A program made the position numbers and the translations under genes. Positions 1 to 10,600 of a DNA stretch of 64,000 bases are shown here, in pieces. The stretch is taken from assembly GCA_965218095.1 (NCBI GenBank), contig OZ244587.1:3616001-3680000 (forward strand). The letters run 5' to 3'. This DNA is from Candidatus Poribacteria bacterium. Its GTDB lineage: Bacteria; Poribacteria; WGA-4E; PCPOR2b. The notes beneath the pieces are model-generated. The model was not told the DNA's origin, ran no database searches, and saw nothing but the letters and a program-made list of their open reading frames with translations. Positions within the stretch are counted from its first letter, which is position 1, and the number at the start of each line of letters is the position of its first letter.

Positions 1-1161
1 TTCTGGTTATAAACTTGTACAATAAAATGCCCGATTCGCGCTCTGGCATCCATTATATCATCGTAGCCATTGAGATACACTTCTTCCTCCTTGAGGGTTC
101 TTATCAGTCTTTCGGCGTAGCCGTTCTCCCACGGACACCCCCGATGGGCTAAGGAGATGTCAATCCCATGACCGATGAGAGTGGAAATATAAGCTGTCGA
201 AAGATACTGAACTCCCTGGTCGCTAGGGTGAATCTCTGGAGCGCTTTGGCTTAATGCCTGTTGCAACGGTCTCAATGTGAGAGGTTGTGTCAACTGCCGA
301 CTCAGTTGCCAGCCTCTTCCCATTCGAGTCAATACATCGATTAACACCGAAACATAGATGAATTGCCCCCCCGATAAGATCGGGATTCAAAGCAACTTGA
401 GTCGGACATAGGTCATATCACCGACCCAAACCTGATTGCTTCGACAGATGTCAAGATTCTCAACCCGATTGACCGATTGACCAACACAGTCAAACGATTG
501 GGTGGTTTGACAGACACGTTTTACAGCAACCGACAGATTGTCTGCTTTCATCAGTCGGGCGACGCGTCGGTAACCGACCGTGTATCCCATACGCAACAGC
601 AGCTGAGCTGGGTGATACGTCTATAGCCATATCTCGGGGCAGATAGTTTCTCAATTTCACCCCGTAGCACTTGTTCAAAGGGGTCATGCTTTTGTTGATA
701 ATAGAGACTGCTCCGATTGAAGCCGAGTGTATCACAAATGCGTCGAACCGAGTAATCCGTGTGCAAAGCCTCAACCATCTGTTGCTTTTGAGACCGATTC
801 AAGTCAGCCAAGTGGAGGCTTTTTTTGGATGTCTAACACCATGGTCAATCTGCCAACGAGTTGCTCCAGTTGAGCAATCCGCTCGATATAGTCGTTGGAT
901 TACTTGTCAGTGGATTCAAAGAGAGTTGCTACGTTGTCAAGGAGTTGGTGTTTCCACTTTGATAGCTGTTCTTCGCTGAGGTTGTGTCGCCGACGGAGTT
1001 GAGCTTGTGAACTTTGACCGGTAAGTGCTTCGATAACGATTTCCGCCTTAAATTGGGGTGTGAATCTTCTTCTTTTTCCCATCGGAATCTCCTTTCCATC
1101 TGATTGTCATTGTATCACAATCTTGGTTTAGACAATGGGCTAAATTTCCGATGGCAGTACA
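1..1161 (-). mobile_element. Degenerate IS3-family element (orfA/orfB), running off the window start
   Basis: Left end TGTACTGCC at 1161. HTH OrfA starts at 1082 and has a premature TAA at 900. A7G slippery site at 819-826. OrfB fragments carry YGYRRI, WVGDMTY, SDQGVQY and ENGYAER (DDE) motifs, broken by frameshifts and a 27-nt insertion. Confidence 0.9.
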
Positions 1162-1382
1162 GGCTCTTCAAATCGGCGGCAGTTATCGCAACAGCAATTA
1201 TCACATTTCTTGTCTTATCCATCATCAATTGATGATTCACTACACAGACATGTCCCTGCCGCTGAACACTTCCGGATCTGTTTGCCATTCAAGTTTGCAG
1301 ACGCTGAAGCGGGGCCTGCATGCGTGATTGTGTAGCGGCAAAGATTTAATCGAATTAATATGTTCAATCGAATTTTAGTCCG

Positions 1383-1511
1383 ATGGTGAGTTGTCCTCAT
1401 TGCGGAGAGAGCTACTTTACAGCGGATACACTTCATGAGATTGAGCATATCAAGCTCCACCACAGGAGTTTTGCTGTTGAACGTTTGGTGCCAGTAGCCA
1501 AGTTTGCATAG
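1383..1511 (+). pseudogene. C-terminal remnant of a YgiT-type zinc finger (MqsA-like) protein
   Basis: Reads MVSCPHCGESYFTADTLHEIEHIKLH...FA*; the N-terminal CxxC half is absent. Confidence 0.65.
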
Positions 1512-1532
1512 GGAATTTCTCCATGAAAAGAT

Positions 1533-2291
1533 ATGCAAGATAAAACCGTCGGGCGAAATTCAGTTTTGGAACTTTTACGCCGTGGTAACCGCGAAATAGA
1601 GCGAATTCTTATCGCACAAGGAAACAACCATCCACGCCTCCGCCAAATCCGGATCATCGCTCAGAAAAGCGGCATCCGATGTGATTTAACACCGCGTCGA
1701 GAATTAGATCAGCTTGAAACTGGCGTCCCCCATCAAGGGGTCATCGCCATCGTCAGTCCCACGAATTACATTGACCTGCCAACTCTAATTGAGCACGCAC
1801 AAAGTTCGGATCATCCGCCACTTATGATCATGCTCGATCAGGTCCAAGATCCACGGAACCTCGGCGCGATTATTCGAACGGCTGATGCCGTCAATGCCGA
1901 CGGGCTGATCCTACCGAAGGATAGGGCTGCTGGTCTCACAACGGCTGCACACAAAACATCAGCAGGAAGTTCTGAGCACCTGCCGATCGCGCAAGTGACA
2001 AACCTTGCCCGAACAATTGAAACCCTCAAGAAAGCTAGCATCTGGGTTATCGGTGCGGATCAGGAGGCCCCAACACTTTATACGGCGGCAGACTTAACCC
2101 CGCCCATCTGCCTCGTCCTCGGCAATGAAGCGGAGGGGCTTCGCCGTCTCGTTAAGGAAAAATGCGATCTGCTCGTCCATCTGCCGCTGTTCGGTCACAT
2201 TCCATCGCTCAATGTTTCAGTCGCGGCGGGCGTCCTGTTGTACGAAGTCATTCGTCAAAGGAGTAGTGAGAAACGGGTAATTGAGAAGTAG
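1533..2291 (+). CDS. rlmB: 23S rRNA (G2251) 2'-O-methyltransferase
   Basis: GRNSVLE, HQGVIA, DPRNLGAIIRT, GNEAEGL and SLNVSVAAG SPOUT motifs. Confidence 0.95.
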   Translation: MQDKTVGRNSVLELLRRGNREIERILIAQGNNHPRLRQIRIIAQKSGIRCDLTPRRELDQLETGVPHQGVIAIVSPTNYIDLPTLIEHAQSSDHPPLMIMLDQVQDPRNLGAIIRTADAVNADGLILPKDRAAGLTTAAHKTSAGSSEHLPIAQVTNLARTIETLKKASIWVIGADQEAPTLYTAADLTPPICLVLGNEAEGLRRLVKEKCDLLVHLPLFGHIPSLNVSVAAGVLLYEVIRQRSSEKRVIEK

Positions 2292-2329
2292 AGCGTGCCG
2301 TGCTCGTCCGAGAATCGGACATGTTCTAC

Positions 2330-3034
2330 TCAGATTACCCCCTCCTCCTTCATACTGATATAGCACCCGTCTCCAATGATAACGTGATCTAGCACAGGAA
2401 TCTGGATCAAATCTCCCGCCTCGATTAACTGTTTCGTCGCATGAATATCCTCTTTGCTCGGTTCCGGATCGCCGGACGGGTGGTTATGAACAAGGATAAT
2501 TGATGCCGCTGCCTCCTCGATAGCAAACCGAAAAACTTCACGAGGATGGATAATGCTTGCATTTAAACTGCCTTCAAAGATCCGGCGTTGTTTGAGGACA
2601 CTGTTTTTCGTATTGAGGCAGAGGACATACAAGACTTCTTTCTGAAGGTCTCGCATGGAGGACATTACGATCCGGGCGACGTCGGCGGGAGAGCCAATCT
2701 GCGGTTTTTCTTCCAAAAACGCCGCCATCCGCCTCCCCAACTCAAAAGTTGCCATGATTTGTCCCGCTTTTACTTGTCCTAGTCCTTTGATGCCTTCTGC
2801 GATCTGTACCTCGTTATCACTTGCGAGCCGCTTCAAATTGCCGTCATACTTTTGAAGGAGTTGCTCCCCCACCTGCACCGCTGTTGCATTCCCCGTTCCC
2901 GTCCGAATAATAATCGCAATCAATTCCGAAGTTTTGAGGATCTGTGGCCCATATTTGTAAAGCCTCTCGAGCGGACGCTCATCTTCGGGAAGATCTTTAA
3001 TCCGAACGCGGTATTCTGTCGTCTCCATCTTCAC
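2330..3034 (-). CDS. radC: RadC (UPF0758, JAB domain) protein
   Basis: IKDLPEDERP N-terminus; HPREVF, HNHPSGDPEPSKED and LDHVII motifs. Confidence 0.95.
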   Translation of the reverse strand: MKMETTEYRVRIKDLPEDERPLERLYKYGPQILKTSELIAIIIRTGTGNATAVQVGEQLLQKYDGNLKRLASDNEVQIAEGIKGLGQVKAGQIMATFELGRRMAAFLEEKPQIGSPADVARIVMSSMRDLQKEVLYVLCLNTKNSVLKQRRIFEGSLNASIIHPREVFRFAIEEAAASIILVHNHPSGDPEPSKEDIHATKQLIEAGDLIQIPVLDHVIIGDGCYISMKEEGVI

Positions 3035-3047
3035 ATCCTTATTGATT

Positions 3048-3140
3048 TAGGAGTTACGAAGTTGATCTCACCCATTTATGATTCATTCCGATGGATCGGA
3101 ATAGGGCGTGACTTGCTCAATATGAAGTGCGTAACTCCTA
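3048..3140. mobile_element. MITE-like element with TAGGAGTTACG terminal inverted repeats
   Basis: TAGGAGTTACG (3048-3058) and CGTAACTCCTA (3130-3140); internal hairpin ATTCCGAT-GG-ATCGGAAT. A related lone end, TGCGTAAGTCCTA, lies at 36531-36543. Confidence 0.65.
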
Positions 3141-3144
3141 GTAT

Positions 3145-3280
3145 AACGTGAGTTCGACGTAAGAATTCTGCGCTCGTCCGATGGGATCGGACGAGCGCGG
3201 GGAAGCGAGGGAGCAAGAAAGAGCGCCCCTCACACACTCCCGTCCATGTGTGGCCTACATCCTTATATCGAACTCACGTT
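3145..3280. mobile_element. MITE-like element with AACGTGAGTTCGA terminal inverted repeats
   Basis: 13-bp perfect TIRs at 3145-3157 and 3268-3280 (17/19 when extended); internal perfect 13-bp stem at 3170-3198. Confidence 0.7.
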
Positions 3281-3660
3281 GGTATAAGTACTTAGATTTC
3301 GCGCAAAAAACAAAATATCTGGCGCTTTTATCCGGAGACCGGAACCACCAGTGAATCTGCGGATTATCTCTTAATCTCATACAAAGTCAAGTTGCTTATA
3401 GTGTAGAATATGAATTTTTGAAATTCAAGAGAAAATCTGCAAGGCACAGCGCATTTTTCATCCCAATCGGAGATCGATGGTGTCGCAGGACGCGGCAAAG
3501 TTACGTTCTACCTGACTCCGACGGAAAACCCGAGATTTCGATAGACTTTTCACATCGGCTATGTTAAGATATTATACTGATAATTATTGAGATCTTCTGC
3601 AAATAATACTTCGTGTCGCTTGAAGGTAAGACCAGAATAGAAAGGCAAGTTGCAATAAAT

Positions 3661-6651
3661 ATGAACGATTCCCACAATGAACTTCAACAGGTATTAATAA
3701 AAGAGATTGCAGGCGAGGTGCGCTTCGATCAGTATTCCAAAGTTTTATACAGCACAGACGCCAGCCTCTACCAGATTGAGCCAATCGGTGTCGTCATCCC
3801 ACGACATAAAGAAGACGTAATCAAGACCATCCAGATCGCTTATGACCGTAACCTGCCGATTCTGCCACGCGGCGGCGGAACGAGTCTGGCGGGACAAACG
3901 GTCGGCCAGGCGATTGTCATTGACATGTCGAAATACATGAACGAGATCATCAAGGTCAACGTCGAAGAACAGTGGGTGCGGGTGCAGCCGGGGGTTGTCC
4001 TTGATGAATTGAATCACCACCTCAAGCCGCATAACCTGATGTATGCGCCTGATGTGTCAACGAGCAGCCGGGCAAACGTCGGCGGCACAATCGGCAGCAA
4101 CTCTGCGGGGGCACATTCGCTCATCTACGGAAAGACCATCGATCATGTGATGTCGCTAGAGCTGCTGCTCTCCGATGGCGAGCCGATTACTGTTGAACCG
4201 ATCTCCCTTGATGAACTTGAAGCCAAAAAGCAGGGCGACACCTGTCAAAGCCATATCTACCGAGAGATCTGCCGCATTGCGGGGGAGAACGCCGACGAGA
4301 TTCGGAAACGCTTTCCGCGTGTGATGCGTCGCGTTGCGGGGTACAACCTTGATGAGTACGTCACCGATGCAGGCCCAAAAAATCTGACGCCGTACCGGAG
4401 AGATGGCTGCGACGCCGGGCACCCGTTCAGCCTTACAAAAATCATGGTTGGATCGGAGGGAACACTCGCAACGACGGTTGAAGCGAAGATCAATCTTGTG
4501 CCGACCCCTAAGATGACCGCGCTGAACGTGATCCATTTTCGCACGCTGATCGAGTCGATGGAAGCGGTGCAGCCGATTCTCGAATGCAAACCAACCGCCG
4601 TTGAACTGATTGACAAAACCATCCTCGACATGACGAAGGAATCATTGGAGTTTTCTCGCCTCCGCACCTTTGTCCAAGGCGATCCGGGCGCGATTCTCGC
4701 GGTTGAGTTCTATGGTGAATCGGAGTCGGAATTACTGGATCAGCTTGATGCCCTCGAACGGAAAATGGAGTCGGTTGGGTTCGGCTACGCATTCGTGCGT
4801 TGCATGGCGGCAGAGGAAAAAGCGCAGGTGTGGGAGACGCGGAAGGCAGGACTTGGCTTGCTCATGGGTACAAGGAGTGATTATAAACCGGTCGGATTTG
4901 TTGAGGACGCAGCAGTTTCAATTGAAAACCTGCCGGAGTATGTCCGTCGCTTCGGGAAGATTGTCGCAGACCATGACACGACGGCTGCCTACTACGCGCA
5001 TGCTAGCGTCGGGCTGTTGCATAACCGCCCCGTGATCAATGTCAAGAAGGAAGAGGATATTCAGAAGATGCACTCTATCGCGCGGAACGTCCGTGATCTA
5101 CTGATGGAACTCGGCGGGGCGATGAGTGGTGAGCACGGAGACGGACTTGTGCGGAGTGAATGGATCGAGAGCATGTTCGGACCGCAGATCTATCGGGCGT
5201 TCCGCGAAGTCAAAAAAGCGTTTGATCCAACAGGCATCATGAACCCCGGCAAGATCATTGACCCGCCACCGATGACAGAGAATCTGCGTTTCGGTCCCAA
5301 ATACAACACAATTAAGATCGACACCTATTTCGACTTTTCCAGTCAAGGCGGATTCGGCGGCGCAATCGAGATGTGCAACGGCGTTGGCGCATGCCGCAAA
5401 AAGCTGACCGGGACGATGTGCCCCTCCTACATGGTGACGATGGAAGAGGAGCACTCAACGCGGGGCCGCGCAAATGCGCTGAGAAACGTCCTTTCAGGCA
5501 CGCTGCCGCATGATCATTTCAAGAATAAACGGCTCTATGAAGTGTTAGACCTCTGTTTGGAGTGTAAAGCCTGCAAAGCGGAGTGCCCCTCCAACGTAGA
5601 CATGGCGAAGCTCAAGTACGAATTTCTCGCTCACTATTACAGGGAACACGGTTTGCCCTTACGGAATCGGCTATTCGGCAATATCGCTGAACTTAGTGAA
5701 ATTGGATCGGCGTTTGCCCCGGTCTCGAATTGGTTTATGAACAACGGAATCTCCAAATGGGCGATGGAAAAATTAGTTGGAATCGATCGACGGAGATCGC
5801 TGCCGAACTTTGTGCGGGAGACCTTCGAGAAATGGTTTGAGAAACACCAAAAAGCTCGTCGAGCCTTCCCCCGCCTAGCGGGGTCAAGTAGCCCCGATCC
5901 AAGGATCGGGACGTATCGAGACCAAGCGCGTCAAGTAGTCCTGTTCCACGACACCTTCACGAACTACAACTACCCAAGCATCGGGAAGGCAGCGGTTGCT
6001 GTGCTTGAGGCGGCGGGGTTTGAAGTTATCCTGCCGAACAAAAAGTGCTGCGGCCGTCCAATGATCTCTAAGGGCATGCTTGAAGGTGCGATCGAGAATG
6101 CGCGATACAACGTCGAACACCTTCTGCCCTACGCCGCAGAGGGCATCCCAACCGTCGGCTGTGAACCGAGTTGCCTCCTGGCGTTACGCGATGACTACGT
6201 AGATCTGATACCCGGTGAGGATACGAGCCTCGTGGCAAAACACGCATTCATGATCGAAGAATTCCTGCTGTCCCTCCACGAAAAAGGGGAATTGGATCTG
6301 GACTTTACGGACACAAAAAAGGAGATCTTGCTGCACGGACATTGTCATCAGAAGGCAATTGTCGGGGTAAAATCCTCTGAGCAAGTCCTGAGTTTGCCGA
6401 TGGGGTACAACGTTAATGTCGTTGATTCAGGCTGCTGTGGCATGGCAGGCTCATTCGGCTACGAAGCCGAACACTACGACGTATCCATGAAGATTGGCGG
6501 CCGCCAGCTCTTCAAAGCAATTAATGAAAATCGAGGCGATTTTGAAATCGCTGTCGCAGGAATCTCCTGCCGCGAGCAGGTCAAACAGGGAACGGGCAAG
6601 GAAGCAAGGCATCTGATTGAGACGTTGGCGGATGCAGTGCGTAAAACGTAA
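3661..6651 (+). CDS. FAD-linked/Fe-S oxidoreductase (GlcD-GlcF fusion, YdiJ-like)
   Basis: RGGGTSLAGQ, GEHGDG, CNGVGAC, CLECKACKAECP and two CCG domains. ATG at 3661 is preferred over GTG at 3613. Confidence 0.9.
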   Translation: MNDSHNELQQVLIKEIAGEVRFDQYSKVLYSTDASLYQIEPIGVVIPRHKEDVIKTIQIAYDRNLPILPRGGGTSLAGQTVGQAIVIDMSKYMNEIIKVNVEEQWVRVQPGVVLDELNHHLKPHNLMYAPDVSTSSRANVGGTIGSNSAGAHSLIYGKTIDHVMSLELLLSDGEPITVEPISLDELEAKKQGDTCQSHIYREICRIAGENADEIRKRFPRVMRRVAGYNLDEYVTDAGPKNLTPYRRDGCDAGHPFSLTKIMVGSEGTLATTVEAKINLVPTPKMTALNVIHFRTLIESMEAVQPILECKPTAVELIDKTILDMTKESLEFSRLRTFVQGDPGAILAVEFYGESESELLDQLDALERKMESVGFGYAFVRCMAAEEKAQVWETRKAGLGLLMGTRSDYKPVGFVEDAAVSIENLPEYVRRFGKIVADHDTTAAYYAHASVGLLHNRPVINVKKEEDIQKMHSIARNVRDLLMELGGAMSGEHGDGLVRSEWIESMFGPQIYRAFREVKKAFDPTGIMNPGKIIDPPPMTENLRFGPKYNTIKIDTYFDFSSQGGFGGAIEMCNGVGACRKKLTGTMCPSYMVTMEEEHSTRGRANALRNVLSGTLPHDHFKNKRLYEVLDLCLECKACKAECPSNVDMAKLKYEFLAHYYREHGLPLRNRLFGNIAELSEIGSAFAPVSNWFMNNGISKWAMEKLVGIDRRRSLPNFVRETFEKWFEKHQKARRAFPRLAGSSSPDPRIGTYRDQARQVVLFHDTFTNYNYPSIGKAAVAVLEAAGFEVILPNKKCCGRPMISKGMLEGAIENARYNVEHLLPYAAEGIPTVGCEPSCLLALRDDYVDLIPGEDTSLVAKHAFMIEEFLLSLHEKGELDLDFTDTKKEILLHGHCHQKAIVGVKSSEQVLSLPMGYNVNVVDSGCCGMAGSFGYEAEHYDVSMKIGGRQLFKAINENRGDFEIAVAGISCREQVKQGTGKEARHLIETLADAVRKT

Positions 6652-6762
6652 TGCGAGAAAAATAGAAAATCTGGCGGCAATCAAGCAATCAGACAAATAC
6701 ACCATTTGCTTATTTAACCTTTGCTCTGATGCGATTGGCGTTCTGCAAAAGAACAAAAATTT

Positions 6763-7153
6763 ATGTCGGAAAACGCTACGTTGACATCGAAGGAAACGTT
6801 GAATACCCTCAGGACCTCAGCACTCTTCGGTCATTTGCCTGATGCAGTGCCGGTGCCCTTACATGACAGAATGGAGTTACTCCAATTGCCCACTGGGAGG
6901 ACGCTTTTCAACGACCGGCGATGGGCTTTACCTCGTCGTCGAAGGCGTGCTCGAAATCCTCTCAGACGACGTCCAACTCGCACTGAGAGGCCCGAGGGAA
7001 TACGTGGGAGAATTGGCGTTGTTGGACGGTTCGCCGCGTAGCGCCACTATCCGGGCAAAAACCAATGTCCGTCTGCTGAAACTCCATCGGGATGACTTTC
7101 ACCGAATATTGTCACCATTGAAGACAAGGAAAAACTGTGAGATCTCAATATAG
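6763..7153 (+). pseudogene. cNMP-binding domain fragment, frameshifted
   Basis: GDGLYLVVEG...VGELALLDGSPRSATIRA motif; N-terminus is in another frame. Confidence 0.75.
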
Positions 7154-7167
7154 GTGGTGAACTGACT

Positions 7168-7510
7168 ATGGGGGTTCGAGACGAAAAGGAAAAAGTGATT
7201 TCAAGTGATGCACAGTTTTTGGCCGAAGTCGCTGCATTTGAGCGTTTAAGAAAAGCTTGGAAACCGAATACTGGGGGAAATTCATCGGCATCGTTGGAGG
7301 CAAAGTCGTGGATGCTGACGTTGACGAAACCCAGCTCGTTATGCGGATTTATCAAAAATTTGGTTATGTGCCTGTGTACGTGCGACAGATAGGCGCCGAA
7401 CTTCCTGTCGACGAGATTCCAAGTCCTGAAGGTCCGTAAAAAATGCCCCGATTTGCTTATAATTGCCAGTATCAACCTCTCGCTCCAACGTTTCCTGTTC
7501 AGGTCTCCCA
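7168..7510 (+). pseudogene. DUF5678-like small protein (frameshifted) followed by the start of a retropepsin-like protease
   Basis: EVAAFERL//YWGKFIGIVGGKVVDAD pattern; MPRFAYNCQYQPLAPTFPVQV begins at 7443 and then decays. Confidence 0.55.
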
Positions 7511-7639
7511 AAAAACGCATTGCAGCTTAACGGATAGAACACGGATTCGATAGGGCTTCACGGATTCACTCTCGCCAGATCTACGAAATCCTAATCGATC
7601 TGCAGTTCTAAATATCGTTCACAAGGAGGACGTGCCAAC

Positions 7640-10600
7640 TTGAGTCATAGATCTATTCTTGTTACTCTGCATCTCTTTACCCTTGTATCATGGATCTGTA
7701 TTCTGATCTATCCCCCATCAACAGCTATCGGCGCACAGAATGAATCTCGCCTCTCAACTAACGATATCCCCAAATTTGCGCCCGGAGAACTCCTCATTCG
7801 CGTAACGCCCAGGGCACAGGCGGACTTAGAGCGTCTGCATGCCGAAGCGCCGTTACAAAAACTCCACAATCAGATGGGGGTTCGGTCCATCTACCGTGTC
7901 TTTCGTCACATTGCCCATCCCGAATCCAATCCGAATCTCGAACGTATTTATCTCCTGCGTTTTCAGATTCCCACTGACCTGCACGCCTTGAAAGCCGCCT
8001 ACGCCGCGCATCCGTTAATCGAGGTGGCGGAATTCAACTATCTTCGTCAAACACAAGTCACGCAAAGCGGGATTCCGCAAGGCGGAACCGCCGAAATTAT
8101 TCCTGACGACCCACGCTTCGAGGATCAGTGGAATCTGTCGCTTATCAACATGCCCCGCGCATGGGAGTTCGAGAAGGGCGATCCGGACGTGATCATCGCA
8201 ATCGTGGATACGGGTTTTGATTATACACATGAAGATCTTGCCTCGAAGACGTGGGTCAACGTCGACGAGATTCCTGACAACGGGATAGATGACGACAACA
8301 ACGGCTACATCGACGATGTGCGGGGCTGGGATTTCTCTAAGGCTCCAAATGGCGATGGAAACAGTGATTTCCAGAATGGCGATAACGATCCGATAGATGA
8401 ATCCGGACACGGTACGCATGTCGCTGGAATTGCCGGTGCTGCGGTAGACAATGGCGTCGGGGTTGCTGGAATTGCATGGAAGTGTACGTTGATGCCGATT
8501 CGCGGTGCCGGCACCGAGGGAATACAGGACGATGATTCTTCTGCCGCAATTGTCTATGCTGTGGACAACGACGCAAGGGTTATCAACATAAGTTGGGGGA
8601 GCAGTCGGCGTTCGTTCGTGATTCGGGATGTAGTTGATTATGCCTACGCACGGGGTGTCCTCATGGTCGCCGCAGCAGGAAATGCATCCGAGGATGAGGC
8701 ATCTTTCCCCGCTGGCTATCGCGAGGTAATTGCTGTCGCCGCAACTGAGCAACACAAGCGAAAGTTTTACCAATCCAACTTTGGTGCGTCCATCGACATC
8801 GGTGCGCCAGGTAATGTAATTTTAAGCACGCAGATTAATAACAGATACCGCCTCCTCTCCGGCACATCGATGGCAACAGCACATGTATCAGGTGTTGCCG
8901 GGCTGATTATATCGAAACGCCCGAGCCTGACGCATGAGGAAGTCCGGCAGATTCTCATTTCTACCGCGGATGTGATTACGGAAAGTCCGGAACTTGTTGG
9001 CGCCGGACATCTGAACGCGGAACGAGCCTTGATGGCAAGTAGTTCATTACAGGCGCGTATTCTTTCGCCAGAAACGAACAGCGGTGGCTCAAACGAAATC
9101 GAGATTATCGGCACTGCTGGTGGATTCAAATTTGATACATGGCGCCTGCTTTATGGGGCATCGACTGTGCCGGGGACATTACAGCCTATCAACACACCAG
9201 GTCGCCGGCAAAAGGTGAACGAGACACTGCTCGTTTGGGATACCTCCCGCGTACCAGAAGGAATTTACACCATCCGCCTTGAAGTCAGTGGAGTGGACGA
9301 AAAAGTTATGCATGATGAAGTTGTTGTATCCGTGGATCGGACGCCGCCCCAGGTTCGGAATGTAAAGGTGCAGAATCAGATCTCAGGGGGCAGTTTCGCC
9401 ACCGTCCTCACCTGGTCAACGGATGACTTCACGATCAACACATTGAGTCAGCGAGCGCGTGAAGGGCTTGCCCCGTTCACACCGATTGAGGAAAGTTCGG
9501 CGAGCCGGGAACATATCTTCTCACTCTCGGTTGATACAGGCAGTTACGATTTATTCATCACCTCGCGTAACGTTGCAGGGTTGGAGACAGTCGATGACAA
9601 TGGCGGAAAGTTCTACCGGGCGGAGGTTATCAGCGGATCGATTTCACCGAATGGATTTGTCAGCGCAAACGATCTGTCCGCCTTACCTCCGATGCATATT
9701 GCCACCGTCGCCGCCGATTTTGATCGCGACGGTCAACTTGAAATTGTCGGAACCCCGTTGTCCGACGATGCTGCTGCGGGAATCGAAATCTACGAAAGAA
9801 CCGCATCGGGCGCATATCAACTCCGGCACACTGGAACTATGGCTTTTAAGCCATCGGCGGTTGATGATACTGATGGCGATGGATTGCTAGAGATTTTGGG
9901 CAGCACGAGAGAACGTGTCTTCCTCATCGAAAGTGTGACACGAAACGGCTATCCAGAAAAGATAATCTGGGAATCGTCGTTTATCGCGTCGGGACAGATT
10001 GCAGACCTCGACGGTGATGGACGGAAGGAGATTGTCGGACCTGACAACTTCAACGACAGGATTCGCATCTTTGAAAATCGCGGAAACGATATATACGATG
10101 AGGTGCTCGTCATCAAGAATGAGACAGCAGGCTCAAACGTCTTCGGGAAACAATTTGCCATTGGCGATTTCGATGGAAACGGGGTAGTGGAGTTGATGGT
10201 GGGAAATAGCGAGGGCGAGCTCTTCACCTACGAGTCGGTCGGGGACGACCTGCTGATCGAAACGTGGCGTGCGAAGATTGATCTCGAAAATGCGCATCAG
10301 CTTGCGGCGGGCGATCTCACCGGTGATGGGATTCCTGAATTCGTCGTCGGAGGCACTGTGTCAGAAGAAGATCTGCCTTCGCTGGCGCCATATTGGGAAT
10401 ACAGCGTCTTTACCGCTTTCCCGCCAACCGGCACTTTACCCCAAACCGGGCGAAATGGCGTCTCATCCTTCAAATCAATATGGTCGCAGGAAATTGCGCC
10501 ATTTCGCTCAAAAGGGAACAGCGTCGCAATCGCTGATGTCGATGGCGATTTGCAGAATGAACTAGTGATTCTTGCCAACCCAAGCGTTTACGTCTTCGAG

